From the NCBI GenBank assembly GCA_964388175.1, contig CAYLYS010000003.1, forward strand, positions 6,870-70,869: a stretch of DNA of 64,000 bases. The letters are read 5' to 3'. Below are positions 1 to 13,223 of this stretch, piece by piece (the stretch's first letter is position 1; each line of letters begins with the position of its first letter). Origin of the DNA: an uncultured Chromatiales bacterium (GTDB lineage Bacteria > Pseudomonadota > Gammaproteobacteria > SZUA-140). The notes under the pieces were generated by a model that saw nothing but the letters and a program-made list of their open reading frames with translations, searched no databases and was not told the origin of the DNA. Made by a program: the position numbers and the translations under genes.

Positions 1-1193
1 TAGTTCTCACCGGCGGCGTAGCCCTCGGGCTCATCGTGCGCATAGCGGTAACCCTTGCCGTAATCGAGTTCACGCATCAGCCGCGTCGGCGCGTTGCGCA
101 GCTTCATCGGCACTTCGAGTGAACCGTGGCCGCGCGCATCGCTCATCGCGTTGTTGAAGGCGGTGTAGACGGCATTGCTCTTGGCGGCGCAGCTCAGATA
201 GAGCACGGTCTGGGCCAGTGCGAGCTCGCCTTCGGGACTGCCGAGGCGTTCCAGCACTTCCCAGGCGTCGAGCGCCATCGTCAGGGCGCGCGGATCGGCG
301 TTGCCGATATCCTCGCTGGCCATACGCAGCACACGGCGGGCAATGTAGAAAGGGTCGCAGCCGGCTTCCAGCATGCGCGACAGCCAGTACAGCGCGGCAT
401 CCGGCGCCGAACCGCGCACCGATTTGTGCAGCGCGGAAATCTGGTCGTAGAACGCCTCGCCGCCCTTGTCGAAACGCCGGGTGCCGCCGGCGAGTACCTC
501 ATCGAGCAGGGATTCGGTGACCGCACGCGCACCGTTTTCTCCCTCGGGTGTCAGGTCGGAGACGATTTCCAGCAGATTGAGCGCGCGCCGGGCGTCGCCG
601 TCTGCAGCCAGGGCGAGACGGTCGCGCAGTTCGTCGGGCATGTCGAGGGCCAGTGCGCCCAGCCCCTGTTCGCGATCGGTGAGAGCGCGATCGATGACCC
701 GGCGCACGGCAGCGGGATCGAGCGGCTTCAGCACGTAGACGCGGGCGCGCGACAGCAGGGCGTTGTTGAGTTCGAAAGAGGGGTTCTCGGTCGTTGCGCC
801 GATGAAGATGAAGGCGCCTTCCTCGACGTGATGCAGAAAGGCGTCCTGCTGGGCCTTGTTGAAGCGATGCACCTCGTCGATGAACAGCACGGTGGCGTGG
901 CCGCGCGCGGTGAGGTTCTGCTGGGCGGCAGTGATGGCGGCGCGGATTTCCTTGACGCCGGAGAATACCGCCGACAGGCTGAGGAAATCGGCATCCACGC
1001 TCGCCGCGATCAGGCGCGCGAGCGTGGTCTTGCCGGTGCCGGGCGGTCCCCAGAGCACGAGTGAATGCAGCCGGCCAGCCTCTATCGCCAGGCGCAGCGG
1101 TTTATTCGCGCCGAGGATGTGTTCCTGACCGATGACGTCTTCGATGCGCTGGGGACGCATGCGGTCGGCGAGAGGACGCGGGTCCGTGCTCAT
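1..1193 (-). CDS. rarA: Replication-associated recombination protein A (AAA+ ATPase); C-terminus runs off the window
   Basis: Reverse-strand translation from ATG (revcomp of cat 1191-1193) gives MSTDPRPLADRMRPQRIEDVIGQEHILG...LWGPPGTGKTTLARLIAA (Walker A) and RarA/MgsA-type C-terminal region; synteny ftsK-lolA-rarA. Confidence 0.9.
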   Translation of the reverse strand, partial: MSTDPRPLADRMRPQRIEDVIGQEHILGANKPLRLAIEAGRLHSLVLWGPPGTGKTTLARLIAASVDADFLSLSAVFSGVKEIRAAITAAQQNLTARGHATVLFIDEVHRFNKAQQDAFLHHVEEGAFIFIGATTENPSFELNNALLSRARVYVLKPLDPAAVRRVIDRALTDREQGLGALALDMPDELRDRLALAADGDARRALNLLEIVSDLTPEGENGARAVTESLLDEVLAGGTRRFDKGGEAFYDQISALHKSVRGSAPDAALYWLSRMLEAGCDPFYIARRVLRMASEDIGNADPRALTMALDAWEVLERLGSPEGELALAQTVLYLSCAAKSNAVYTAFNNAMSDARGHGSLEVPMKLRNAPTRLMRELDYGKGYRYAHDEPEGYAAGEN

Positions 1194-1216
1194 TCTGCCT
1201 CCCTGCGGCTGCGTGC

Positions 1217-1858
1217 TCAGTCGTCGCCGAGCACGTCGACGCCGTCGGGGACGACGAACTCGAACAGCGCCGGATCGATGGCCACGTTGCGCTTCAGATT
1301 GCTGAAGCGGATCTGTACGCGCTGCTCCAGTGCGTCGACGATTTCCATGGTGGCGAGATGGTGGCCGTCGAAGCCGAGGAAAATGCGGCTGAAGGCGGAC
1401 TGTTCACCGTAAGGTTCGAGCATGACCCATTCGAGGCCGTCTTTGCTGCCGCCGTCGATGATCAGGAAGAGCTGTTCGAGCGGCTGCTGCGTGCTGAGCA
1501 GCACGGCGGGAGTATTGCCGACTGATTGATCCAGGGCGGAGCGGGTGACCTGATCGAGATCGGGCTCGTAGACCCACAGCGTGCTGCCGTCGGTGATGAG
1601 CAGCTGCTCGAAGGGGCTCTCATAGGACCAGCGGAATTTACCCGGCCGCAGAATACGCAGATTGCCGCGGGTCTGCTGCACCAGACGATCGTTCTGCGTG
1701 ATGATCTGATCGAAGTCCGCGCTCAGGGTGCGCAGCCCGTCGAAGAAGGCGTGCAGGCGGGCAATGCCGGTATCTTGAGCCGCGGCGAGGGCGGGCAGGA
1801 GCAGCGCGGCTAGGAACAGCAGCAGGGTCGTGGCGGTGTGACGCGGCAGGCGTTTCAT
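1217..1858 (-). CDS. lolA: Outer-membrane lipoprotein carrier protein LolA
   Basis: 213 aa with signal peptide ([28 protein letters not shown]) and LolA-like body; position between ftsK and rarA as in E. coli. Confidence 0.9.
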   Translation of the reverse strand: MKRLPRHTATTLLLFLAALLLPALAAAQDTGIARLHAFFDGLRTLSADFDQIITQNDRLVQQTRGNLRILRPGKFRWSYESPFEQLLITDGSTLWVYEPDLDQVTRSALDQSVGNTPAVLLSTQQPLEQLFLIIDGGSKDGLEWVMLEPYGEQSAFSRIFLGFDGHHLATMEIVDALEQRVQIRFSNLKRNVAIDPALFEFVVPDGVDVLGDD

Positions 1859-4191
1859 CAGTCGGCCGGCGGTGGCGGCGCCAGCACTTCGCGGCTGCCG
1901 TTGGATTCGAGCGGACCGACCACGCCGGCGCGTTCCATCTCTTCCACCATGCGCGCGGCGCGGTTGTAGCCGATCTTTAGGCGGCGCTGCACACCCGAGA
2001 TAGAGGCGCGGCGCGTTTCGGTGACGATGCGCACGGCCTGATCGTAGAGCGGATCGACATCACCGCTCGGACCTTCGCCGGCTTCACCGCCGCCTTCACC
2101 GTCGGTTTCCGCATGGCGCAGGATGTCTTCGATGTATTCGGGTTCACCCAGGTTTTTGAGGAACTCAGCCACTTTGTGCACCTCGTGATCGTCGACGAAG
2201 GCGCCGTGGATACGGGTCGGCACGCTGGTGCCCGGCGGCAGATAGAGCATATCGCCATGTCCGAGCAGCTGCTCGGCGCCCATTTGGTCGAGAATGGTGC
2301 GCGAATCGATCTTGGACGAGACCTGGAAGGCGATGCGCGTGGGGATGTTGGCCTTGATCAGGCCGGTGATGACATCGACCGAGGGCCGCTGCGTCGCCAG
2401 CACCAGGTGGATGCCCGATGCGCGCGCCTTCTGCGCCAGGCGCGCGATCAGCGTTTCGACCTTTTTGCCGACGACCATCATCATGTCGGCGAGCTCGTCG
2501 ATGATGACCACGATATAGGGGATCGGCTCCAGCGTGGCCGGCTCGCCGCCAGCGGTGATCTTGAGGAAGGGATCGGGCAAGGCCTCGCCGGCGTCGATGG
2601 CGGCCTGCACCTTGCGGTTGTAGTTGGCGATGTTGCGCACGCCGAGATGGGCCATGAGCGCGTAGCGGCGGTCCATTTCCCCCACACACCAGCGCAGCGC
2701 GCTGGCTGCTTCCTTCATGTCGGTGACCACCGGCGCGAGCAGATGCGGTATGCCTTCGTAGATCGAAAGCTCGAGCATCTTGGGGTCGATCATGATCATG
2801 CGCATGTCCTGCGGCGAGGCATTGTAGAGCATGCTGAGGACCATGGCGTTGACCGCCACCGATTTGCCGGAACCCGTGGTGCCGGCGATCAGCAGATGCG
2901 GCATCTTGGCCAGATCGACGATGACCGGATGGCCGCTGATGTCCTTGCCGAGTGCGAGCGAGAGCGGCGAAGCGGCCTCATCGTATTGCTTGGAGTGCAG
3001 GATTTCGCTCAGGCGCACGGTTTCGCGATGCTCGTTGGGGATTTCGAGCCCGATGACCGATTTGCCCGGGATGATGTCGACGATACGCACGCTCACCGTC
3101 GACAGCGAACGGGCGAGATCCTTGGACAGATTGCTGATCTGGCTGACCTTGATGCCGGGCGCGGGCTGCATTTCGAAGCGCGTGATCACCGGGCCGGGAT
3201 GGACCGCCACCACCTGCACTTCGATGCCGAAATCCTGCAGCTTCAGCTCGACCTGGCGCGACATCGCCTCGAGCGTGGCGGCGGGGATCGCGTGCGGGGA
3301 AACCTCGGGCGGATCGAGCAGCGCCAGCGGCGGCAGCGCGCCGTTGCTCGGCGCGGCGGCCGGGGTGAACAGCGGCACCTGGCGCTCTTTCTCGGCGCGC
3401 ACGCTCGGTTCGATCTGCTTGACCAGCGGTTCGATGCGTGGCGGGGTCCGCTCTTTTTTCAGCTTGCGTTCTTCCTGTACCGCTTCGGCGCGGACCCGGC
3501 GCTGCTGCTCCGCCTGACGCCGTTCGGCGCGCGCCTCCCGCAGATCGGCCAGCCGGTCGCGCAGACGCGCCGCCGCTTCACACACGCTGCGGCCGGTACG
3601 ATCCATCAGCGTCAGCCATGACAGTCCGGTGAACAGGGAAACGCCGGTGAGGAACAGGGCGAGCAGGAACAGGGTGCTACCGACGAAGCTAAAGGAAGCG
3701 ACCAGTGAATTGCTGACGATGTCGCCGAGGATGCCGCCGGGATTGGCCGGCAATGCGCTCTGGCCGGTGCTGAAATGCAGCGTGGCGATACCGCAGCCGG
3801 CGGCGACGGTGAGCACGAAACCGATGACGATGAACAGCGTATGACGCAGGTCCGGTGCCTGCTCATGTCCGCGTCCACGGTACAGCCGCCATGCGGCGTA
3901 GGCGACGAGCAGCGGGAACAGATAGGCCAGATAGCCGAAATAGAACAGGAACACCGACGAGAACCAGGCGCCCACCAGTCCGCCGTTATTGGCGATGCGG
4001 TCGGTATTGCCGCTGAAAGACCAGCCCGGGTCGCCGGCATTGTAGCTGAGCAGCGAGAGCATCATATAGATGGCGATCGCGCCGAGCACGAACAGCGCGC
4101 CCTCGCGCAGCCCGCGACGCAGATGTGCGACCGGGACGGGCTGTTTGGCGCTCTTCCTCGTGGCTTGTGCCAAGGACTTTTCCTCTTCCAC
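1858..4191 (-). CDS. ftsK: DNA translocase FtsK
   Basis: 777 aa: N-terminal TM region, Pro/Gln-rich linker, C-terminal motor domain ([20 protein letters not shown]...) and gamma domain ([27 protein letters not shown]); GTG start; 1-nt overlap with lolA start. Confidence 0.92.
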   Translation of the reverse strand: MEEEKSLAQATRKSAKQPVPVAHLRRGLREGALFVLGAIAIYMMLSLLSYNAGDPGWSFSGNTDRIANNGGLVGAWFSSVFLFYFGYLAYLFPLLVAYAAWRLYRGRGHEQAPDLRHTLFIVIGFVLTVAAGCGIATLHFSTGQSALPANPGGILGDIVSNSLVASFSFVGSTLFLLALFLTGVSLFTGLSWLTLMDRTGRSVCEAAARLRDRLADLREARAERRQAEQQRRVRAEAVQEERKLKKERTPPRIEPLVKQIEPSVRAEKERQVPLFTPAAAPSNGALPPLALLDPPEVSPHAIPAATLEAMSRQVELKLQDFGIEVQVVAVHPGPVITRFEMQPAPGIKVSQISNLSKDLARSLSTVSVRIVDIIPGKSVIGLEIPNEHRETVRLSEILHSKQYDEAASPLSLALGKDISGHPVIVDLAKMPHLLIAGTTGSGKSVAVNAMVLSMLYNASPQDMRMIMIDPKMLELSIYEGIPHLLAPVVTDMKEAASALRWCVGEMDRRYALMAHLGVRNIANYNRKVQAAIDAGEALPDPFLKITAGGEPATLEPIPYIVVIIDELADMMMVVGKKVETLIARLAQKARASGIHLVLATQRPSVDVITGLIKANIPTRIAFQVSSKIDSRTILDQMGAEQLLGHGDMLYLPPGTSVPTRIHGAFVDDHEVHKVAEFLKNLGEPEYIEDILRHAETDGEGGGEAGEGPSGDVDPLYDQAVRIVTETRRASISGVQRRLKIGYNRAARMVEEMERAGVVGPLESNGSREVLAPPPPAD

Positions 4192-4263
4192 TGCCGGCGG
4201 CGGATGCCGGATCAGCGCAGATTATGCCATATCCCGGCGCGCGGTCGGCTCTCGGTCGAGCGC

Positions 4264-6370
<2,107 letters not shown>

Positions 6371-6742
6371 ATGGCCGGCGCCGATGAGCAGGCTGCCATG
6401 CCCGGCGATTCCATGAATAAGCCGCGGACGGAACAGCGGGAATTCCCCCGCCTGACCGTCAACTGTGCGGTCGGATGCCGGCCGGCCTCCGGGCGAGGCG
6501 AGAGCCGCACGCTGGTCAAGAACATCAGCGGCAACGGTGTGCTGATCGTCGCCGCAGAGCCGCCCGCGCTGGGGGCGCGTATGGAAATCATCGTGGGGCC
6601 GGATCTCTGTTCGATACCGGCCCTGCATGCGCTGGTCGAAGTGGTGCGGATCGCGGCCAGGGCGTCCTGGGATTACGGCGACGAGGCGCCGCAGACGCCT
6701 TGTTACGATATCGGCGCCCGTATCGTAGCGATGCAGCACTAG
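6371..6742 (+). CDS. Small PilZ-domain (c-di-GMP binding) protein; possible alternative start at 6413
   Basis: RxxxR (REFPR) and N.SxxG (NISGNG) PilZ signature motifs; ATG directly abuts trxB stop (TGAATG). Confidence 0.55.
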   Translation: MAGADEQAAMPGDSMNKPRTEQREFPRLTVNCAVGCRPASGRGESRTLVKNISGNGVLIVAAEPPALGARMEIIVGPDLCSIPALHALVEVVRIAARASWDYGDEAPQTPCYDIGARIVAMQH

Positions 6743-6814
6743 CTGCCGCCGTCGGGATGGCCTGCTGCGCATGCCTGCCATGGGAATGATGGGGTCGAGC
6801 GTGGGCGTATAGCG

Positions 6815-7963
6815 ATGCGGATCGAAATGCACAGCCGGATCGACGCGTTCGATGCGGGCGAGTGGGACTGCCTCGTTCCCGAACAGCCTTTCCTGCGTCA
6901 CGCTTTTCTCGATGCGCTTGCCCGTCATGGTGCGATCGGCGGCTCCAGCGGTTGGCATCCGCGCTATCTCGCCGCGCGTGAAGCGGGTCGTCTGATCGGC
7001 GCCGTACCCCTGTTTCTCAAGGACCACTCCTTCGGCGAATTCATATTCGATTGGGCCTGGGCCGAGGCTTATCATCGCCATGACCTGGATTACTATCCCA
7101 AGCTGGTGGTGTCGGTGCCGTATACGCCGGTGAGCGGTGATCGCATCCTGCTGGCGCCCCAAGTCAATACGGGCACCGATGCCGAACGGGTGAGCGCGGC
7201 ACTGATCGATGCCGCCCTCGATCATGCGCGCGAAAGCGGCGCTTCTTCCCTGCACTGGCTGTTCACCAGCGAACGGGACGCCACGCGACTGCAGGCGCAC
7301 GGTTTCATGTCGCGCGCGTCGTGCCAGTTCCACTGGCTCAATCGCGGCTACGGCGATTTCGACGATTTTCTCGCCACGCTGTCTTCACGCCACCGCAAGA
7401 AGATTCGCGCCGAGCGCAGGGCGGTGCGTGAGCAGGGCATCGTCACGCAGGTGCTGAGCGGTGCGGAGGCGACGCCGGCGCTGTGGGATGTCTTTCATGA
7501 CTTCTATTTGTCGACCTTCATCCGCAAGGGCAATCATGCGCCGCTGACACGCGGTTTTTTTCGCGACATCGGCGCAGCACTGGGCGCAAATACGCTGCTG
7601 ATTCTGGCCCATCACGATGGCCGTCCGGTTGCCGGCGCATTCTTTTTCGCGAGCGAGGACACGCTGTACGGTCGCCACTGGGGCCGCAGCGAAGGTTTTC
7701 ACGGCCTGCATTTCGAGTTGTGTTATTACCGGGCGATCGAGTATTGCATCGAACGCGGCCTGCAGTGTTTCGAGGCGGGCGCGCAGGGCGAGTACAAGGT
7801 GCAGCGTGGCTTCGCGCCCACGGCCACGCGTTCTTCGCACTGGATCGCGGATGCCGGCTTTGCCAGCGCGATCGACGGTTTCCTCGCCCGCGAGCGCGAT
7901 GCCGTCGCCGCGTACATGCAGGAGATGTCGGCGTATCTGCCGTACCGGAGCGCGCATGGCTGA
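6815..7963 (+). CDS. GNAT-family N-acetyltransferase (DUF482/FemAB-like)
   Basis: 382-aa ORF with the family architecture commonly annotated as GNAT N-acetyltransferase/BioF2-like; stop overlaps aat start. Confidence 0.65.
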   Translation: MRIEMHSRIDAFDAGEWDCLVPEQPFLRHAFLDALARHGAIGGSSGWHPRYLAAREAGRLIGAVPLFLKDHSFGEFIFDWAWAEAYHRHDLDYYPKLVVSVPYTPVSGDRILLAPQVNTGTDAERVSAALIDAALDHARESGASSLHWLFTSERDATRLQAHGFMSRASCQFHWLNRGYGDFDDFLATLSSRHRKKIRAERRAVREQGIVTQVLSGAEATPALWDVFHDFYLSTFIRKGNHAPLTRGFFRDIGAALGANTLLILAHHDGRPVAGAFFFASEDTLYGRHWGRSEGFHGLHFELCYYRAIEYCIERGLQCFEAGAQGEYKVQRGFAPTATRSSHWIADAGFASAIDGFLARERDAVAAYMQEMSAYLPYRSAHG

Positions 7964-8693
7964 GTACGCGCCGCGTTATCCCGTCCTGCTCGATCCGTAT
8001 GCCGAGGAATGCCGGTTCCCGGACGTCGAGCGGGCGCTCGACGAACCGAACGGTCTGCTCGCCATCGGCGGCAATCTGCAGCCGGACAGCCTGCTCGCGG
8101 CCTATCGTGGCGGCATCTTTCCCTGGTACGAGCGCGGACAGCCGATTCTGTGGTGGTCGCCCGATCCGCGCCTGGTGCTGTTTCCCGAGCGCCTGCGCGT
8201 GACGCGCAGCCTGCGCAAGACGATGCGACAAACGGGATGGGCGCTCAGTTTCGACCGGGATTTCGCGGCGATCATGCGCGCCTGCGCCGCGCCGCGCGAG
8301 CCGGGCGGCGGCACCTGGATCACCGAGGAAATGCTTGCTGCCTATGCGGATCTCCATCATCTGGGATATGCGCATTCGGTGGAAGTATGGCGCGATGGGG
8401 AGTTGGCCGGCGGCCTTTATGGTGTGGCGCTGGGCGGTGTTTTCTTCGGCGAATCGATGTTTCACCGCCGCAGCGACGCTTCCAAGATCGCGCTCGTCGG
8501 TCTCGTGCATCATCTGCGCGAGCGCGGCTGCGCCATGATCGATTGCCAGATGCAGACTCATCATCTGATGAGCCTGGGCGCGGAGACGGTGCCGCGCACG
8601 CGCTTTACCGCGCTGCTCGCGGCCTGCGATGAAGGGCCCGGACCGGCGCGCTGGGAAACGCGCGTATTTCCAGCGGCGGTGTTGGCCGGCTGA
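7956..8693 (+). CDS. aat: Leucyl/phenylalanyl-tRNA--protein transferase
   Basis: MAEYAPRYPVLLDPYAEE...GIFPWYERGQPILWWSPDPR...ELAGGLYGVALGGVFFGESMF typical L/F-transferase; aat-bpt-infA-clpA-clpS-cspD synteny. Confidence 0.88.
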   Translation: MAEYAPRYPVLLDPYAEECRFPDVERALDEPNGLLAIGGNLQPDSLLAAYRGGIFPWYERGQPILWWSPDPRLVLFPERLRVTRSLRKTMRQTGWALSFDRDFAAIMRACAAPREPGGGTWITEEMLAAYADLHHLGYAHSVEVWRDGELAGGLYGVALGGVFFGESMFHRRSDASKIALVGLVHHLRERGCAMIDCQMQTHHLMSLGAETVPRTRFTALLAACDEGPGPARWETRVFPAAVLAG

Positions 8694-8694
8694 G

Positions 8695-9420
8695 ATGGCC
8701 GGACGGGACCGTTACATCGTTTTTTACCGCAGCCTGCCCCAGCAGTGCGGTTATCTGCCGGGACGCCAGGCGGTCAATGCGGTGATGGATCCGATGGTGA
8801 TGCCGGATCGCACGCTCTACAGCCGTCTCGTCGATCTCGGCTTCCGCCGCAGCGGATCGCGTATCTATCGACCGGCCTGCAACGGCTGCAAGGCATGCCT
8901 TGCCCTGCGCATCCCCGTGGCTTCCTTTCGCCCCAATCGTATCCAGCGTCGGGTGAGCCGTCTGCATGCCGGCCTGAGCGTGACCGAGCGCGACCCGGGG
9001 TTTCGCCAGACACATTACGATCTCTATCGGCGCTATCTGCACGCGCGCCATCCCGGCGGTGGCATGGACGAGGGCGATCCGGAAGACTATCTGTCCTTTC
9101 TCGTCTGCGCAGGCGTGGATACGCGTTTCTTCGAATTCAGCGCCGACGGGCGTTGCCTTATCGTGGCGGTGGTCGATGTGCTGGCGAATGGTCTGTCGGC
9201 GGTCTACACCTTCTATGATCCGGATCTGCCGGGGAGCAGCCTGGGCGCATACGCCGTGCTGTGGCAGATCGAGGCGGCGCGCCGGCTGGGTGTCGATTGG
9301 CTGTACCTGGGCTACTGGGTCGAGGAGTGCCGCAAGATGAGCTACAAGATCCACTATCAACCCTGTGAGCTGTTCATCGATGGCCGCTGGCGTCCCTTCG
9401 ACGGTCTTTCCGGCAAGTGA
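8695..9420 (+). CDS. bpt: Arginyl-tRNA--protein transferase (bacterial Bpt)
   Basis: MAGRDRYIVFYRSLPQQCGYLPGRQA...CNGCKAC...YLGYWVEECRKMSYKIHYQP; start 1 nt after aat stop. Confidence 0.85.
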   Translation: MAGRDRYIVFYRSLPQQCGYLPGRQAVNAVMDPMVMPDRTLYSRLVDLGFRRSGSRIYRPACNGCKACLALRIPVASFRPNRIQRRVSRLHAGLSVTERDPGFRQTHYDLYRRYLHARHPGGGMDEGDPEDYLSFLVCAGVDTRFFEFSADGRCLIVAVVDVLANGLSAVYTFYDPDLPGSSLGAYAVLWQIEAARRLGVDWLYLGYWVEECRKMSYKIHYQPCELFIDGRWRPFDGLSGK

Positions 9421-9555
9421 TGGTTCCGGTATCCCGCCGGGCGGCAGAAAGAGTATAATGCCGCGGCCCGGCCCGGAGAGTTGCACGGGGGGTCGCAAGG
9501 GTGGACCGGCAGCGCTGCCGAGCGCTCCCGCTCAGTTGCTACGGATAAGGGGATT

Positions 9556-9774
9556 ATGGCGAAAGAAGATCACATCGAAATGGAAGGGGTCGTTGTCGAA
9601 ACCCTGCCCAACACTATGTTCCGCGTCGAACTGGACAACGGACACCTGGTAACCGCGCACATCTCGGGCAAGATGCGCAAGCACTACATCCGCATTCTCA
9701 CCGGCGACAAGGTAACCGTCCAGTTGACGCCGTACGATCTCAGCAAGGGACGTATCGTTTTCCGCGCCAAGTAG
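9556..9774 (+). CDS. infA: Translation initiation factor IF-1
   Basis: [72 protein letters not shown], 72 aa. Confidence 0.97.
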   Translation: MAKEDHIEMEGVVVETLPNTMFRVELDNGHLVTAHISGKMRKHYIRILTGDKVTVQLTPYDLSKGRIVFRAK

Positions 9775-9792
9775 TCCGCGGCGACTTCACTC

Positions 9793-12063
9793 TCAGCCTT
9801 CCACCGTTTCCTCGACACCCTCGATGTCGAAGCTCAGGCTGTTGTCCTGGAGGCTGATGCGGACGTGTCCGCCCTTGGCGAGGCGTCCGAACAGCAGCTC
9901 TTCGGCGAGCGGCTTCTTGATGTAATCCTGGATGGTGCGCGCCATCGGGCGGGCGCCCATCTTGGCGTCGAAGCCGCGCGTTCCCAGCCAGCGCCGCGCC
10001 GCATCGTCCACGTGCAGCGAAACCTTGCGCTCTTCGAGCTGGGCTTCCAACTCGAAGATGAACTTGTCCACCACCTGGCCGACGATTTCCGGCGCCAGTG
10101 AGCTGAACTGGATGATCGCATCGAGACGGTTACGGAATTCGGGCGAGAACATCCGCTTGATGGTTTCCATGGCGTCGCTGGAGTGATCCTGGTGAGTGAA
10201 GCCGATGGAAGCACGGCTGAGCTGCTCGGCGCCGGCGTTGGTCGACATGACCAGGATCACGTTGCGGAAATCGGCCTTGCGACCGTTGTTGTCGGTGAGG
10301 CTGCCATGGTCCATGACCTGCAGCAGCAGATTGTAGATGTCGGGATGCGCTTTTTCGATTTCGTCGAGCAGCAGCACGGCATGCGGATGCTTGGTGACGG
10401 CCTCGGTGAGCAGGCCGCCCTGATCGTAACCGACGTAGCCCGGCGGGGCGCCGATCAGGCGCGATACGGTGTGACGTTCCATGTATTCCGACATGTCGAA
10501 GCGGATCAGTTCGATGCCGAGGATCCTGGCGAGCTGGCGCGTGACCTCGGTCTTGCCGACGCCGGTCGGGCCGGCGAAGAGGAAGGAACCGATGGGCTTT
10601 TCCTGGTTGCCGAGCCCGGAGCGGGCCATCTTGATGGCGCCGGCGAGCGTGCTGATGGCCTCATCCTGACCGAATATGGTCATCTTCAGGTCGCGGTCCA
10701 AGGTGCGCAGCTTGTCCTTGTCCGAGTGCGTCACCGTTTTCGACGGGATACGCGCGATCTTGGCGACGATGCTTTCGACATCCTTCACGCCGATGGTCTT
10801 CTTGCGCTTGGACGGGGCGAGCAGATGCTGATAGGCGCCGGCTTCGTCGATCACGTCGATGGCCTTGTCGGGCAGGAAACGGTCATTGATGTAGCGTGCC
10901 GAGAGATCGACGGCGGCGCGCAGCGCTTCGCGCGAGTACTTGACGCGATGATGCTGTTCGAAGCGTGACTTCAATCCCTGCAGGATGCGTACGGCTTCCT
11001 CCGTAGTCGGCTCGGTGACATCGATTTTCTGGAAGCGGCGGGCGAGGGCGCGGTCCTTCTCGAAGATGCCGCGGTACTCGTTGTAGGTGGTCGAACCGAT
11101 GCAGCGCAGCTCGCCCGAGGACAGCATCGGTTTGATCAGATTGGCGGCATCCATCACGCCACCCGACGTCGAACCCGCGCCGATGATGGTGTGGATCTCA
11201 TCGATGAACAGGATCGCGTTCGGTTCCTTGCGCAGTTGGGCAAGGATGCCTTTGAGGCGTTTTTCGAAATCGCCGCGATACTTGGTGCCGGCGAGCAGGG
11301 CGCCCATGTCGAGCGAATGGATGGTGCTGTCGGCGAGCACGTCCGGCACCTCGCCGTCGACGATGCGCTTGGCCAGCCCTTCGGCGATGGCGGTCTTGCC
11401 GACGCCGGCTTCGCCGATCAGCAGGGGATTGTTCTTGCGCCGCCGGCACAGCACCTGGGTGACGCGCTCGATTTCCTGGTCACGGCCGATGAGCGGATCG
11501 ATCAGGCCCATGCGTGCGCGGTGGTTGAGGTTGGTGGTGTACTGTTCGAGCGGGCTGCGCGCGGCGGATTCGCCGTCACCCTCGCTTTCCGCCGACAGCA
11601 GGCTTTCGCCTTCCTCCTCGCCGCTGATCTTGGCGATGCCGTGCGAGATGTAATTGACCACGTCGAGGCGGGTGATGTTCTGCGTGTTCAGGCAGTAGAC
11701 GGCCTGGGAATCCTGTTCGCCGAAAATCGCCACCAGCAGATTGGCGGCGCCGACCTCGCGCTTGCCCGAGGACTGGACGTGGAATACGGCGCGCTGCAGC
11801 ACGCGCTGGAAGCCGAGCGTGGGCTGCGTGTCGCGGGCGTCGTCCTGCAGGTGGGGCGTGGTTTCGTCGAGGAAGACGGTCAGCTCCTGGCGCAGGGCGT
11901 CGATGTCGGCGCCGCAGGCGCGCAGCACGGAGTTGGCGGCGGAGTTGTCGAGAAGCGCGAGCAGCAGATGCTCCACGGTGATGAACTCGTGATTCTTGTC
12001 ACGGGCTTCCTGGAACGCCACGTTCAGCGTGTATTCAACATCCTTGCTCAGCATATCTGCCAC
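9793..12063 (-). CDS. clpA: ATP-dependent Clp protease ATP-binding subunit ClpA (likely true start a few codons downstream at MLSKD)
   Basis: N-domain, two AAA+ modules (GEAGVGKTAIAEGLA; GPTGVGKTEVTRQLA); 756 aa; convergent with infA. Confidence 0.95.
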   Translation of the reverse strand: MADMLSKDVEYTLNVAFQEARDKNHEFITVEHLLLALLDNSAANSVLRACGADIDALRQELTVFLDETTPHLQDDARDTQPTLGFQRVLQRAVFHVQSSGKREVGAANLLVAIFGEQDSQAVYCLNTQNITRLDVVNYISHGIAKISGEEEGESLLSAESEGDGESAARSPLEQYTTNLNHRARMGLIDPLIGRDQEIERVTQVLCRRRKNNPLLIGEAGVGKTAIAEGLAKRIVDGEVPDVLADSTIHSLDMGALLAGTKYRGDFEKRLKGILAQLRKEPNAILFIDEIHTIIGAGSTSGGVMDAANLIKPMLSSGELRCIGSTTYNEYRGIFEKDRALARRFQKIDVTEPTTEEAVRILQGLKSRFEQHHRVKYSREALRAAVDLSARYINDRFLPDKAIDVIDEAGAYQHLLAPSKRKKTIGVKDVESIVAKIARIPSKTVTHSDKDKLRTLDRDLKMTIFGQDEAISTLAGAIKMARSGLGNQEKPIGSFLFAGPTGVGKTEVTRQLARILGIELIRFDMSEYMERHTVSRLIGAPPGYVGYDQGGLLTEAVTKHPHAVLLLDEIEKAHPDIYNLLLQVMDHGSLTDNNGRKADFRNVILVMSTNAGAEQLSRASIGFTHQDHSSDAMETIKRMFSPEFRNRLDAIIQFSSLAPEIVGQVVDKFIFELEAQLEERKVSLHVDDAARRWLGTRGFDAKMGARPMARTIQDYIKKPLAEELLFGRLAKGGHVRISLQDNSLSFDIEGVEETVEG

Positions 12064-12090
12064 CTTCGATAGTTCACTGTCGCGCGCCGG

Positions 12091-12414
12091 TCAGACTTTC
12101 TCCATGGTACATTTGAGCGGGTGCTGGTTTTCCCGTGAGAATTGATTGACCAGGGCAACTTTGGTTTCGGCGATGTCGCGATTGAATATGCCGCAGACTC
12201 CCAGACCCCGGGTATGGATCTGCAGCATGACCTGTGTCGCTTTTTCCTGATCCATGGCGAAGAACTTCTGCAGCACATAAACCACGAAATCCATGGGCGT
12301 GTAGTCGTCGTTCAGCAGCATGACCTTGTACAGCGGCGGCCGCTGCAGTTTCGGTTTGGCTTCCTGCAGCGCCAGTCCGTCGTCGCCCGCCGGGCGTTGT
12401 CTGATCGTTTTCAT
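12091..12414 (-). CDS. clpS: ATP-dependent Clp protease adaptor ClpS
   Basis: 107 aa with conserved [27 protein letters not shown] core; immediately upstream of clpA on the same strand. Confidence 0.92.
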   Translation of the reverse strand: MKTIRQRPAGDDGLALQEAKPKLQRPPLYKVMLLNDDYTPMDFVVYVLQKFFAMDQEKATQVMLQIHTRGLGVCGIFNRDIAETKVALVNQFSRENQHPLKCTMEKV

Positions 12415-12956
12415 GACATCGGCAATTATAGCCGAAAAGCCAGAATATTTCCTGCTTCCACAATGGGTAAGGCAATGGGTAAGGCCGCCGTCGGCGGACT
12501 GCTGCCGAGCGCACGCGCGATGTCTGTCCGCTTCGTTATTTATAACGTCATGCGCAGGAAAAGCATGAGCAGGAAGGCGCGTTGGCGGCGGCCGGCAAGG
12601 ACCTGCGCCGGTCCGCTTCCGTTTTCCCGCGGGCTTGACGCGAGCGGTCAGTTGCGCAAAGCTGAACGACGTCAGTGGGGAGCACTCCGCAGCGTAACTT
12701 CAAGAGTAACCGCGCAGGAGTGTTCGGGTAGCATCTGGGAGGGGGCTGGTCGGTAGCCGAGTGCGTGCTGCCGGCATCATTCCTTGAGTGCATGTACACG
12801 CCGGATCTTTGTCTCCGTCCGACCCGTCAGCGAGCTGTGCCGCTGCGCACGCCATCGTGCGTCAAGTCGTTCCACCACCTTCCCCGATGATCATTGCGCA
12901 CCGCGATCGCCGACGGCGCCATCGAGCGGCTGCGCTATCAAGAGGAGCCACGCAAG

Positions 12957-13172
12957 ATGGCTACAGGCATCGTCAAATGGTTCAATAACGCCAAGGGCTT
13001 CGGTTTCGTCTCGCTGGATGAGGGCGGAGACGATGTGTTCGCCCATTTTTCCGCGATCGAGATGGAAGGCTACAAAAGCCTCAGGCAGGGGCAGAAAGTG
13101 GAATTCGACGTTTCGCAGGGCCCCAGGGGGCCATTTGCGCAGCATATCCGTCTGGCGATGACGGCGGAATGA
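12957..13172 (+). CDS. cspD: Cold-shock domain protein (CspD-like)
   Basis: [52 protein letters not shown]; divergent from clpS as in E. coli. Confidence 0.85.
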   Translation: MATGIVKWFNNAKGFGFVSLDEGGDDVFAHFSAIEMEGYKSLRQGQKVEFDVSQGPRGPFAQHIRLAMTAE

Positions 13173-13223
13173 AGACCGCGGCGCCCCCTTATCCCTGCCT
13201 GGGCGCGCCGCGGTCGATGAGGA

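Noticed and set aside
126-1064. 312-aa plus-strand ORF
   Set aside because: Antisense to rarA; in this high-GC DNA the non-coding strand often lacks stops. The protein has no recognisable features, whereas the minus-strand frame gives a clear RarA.
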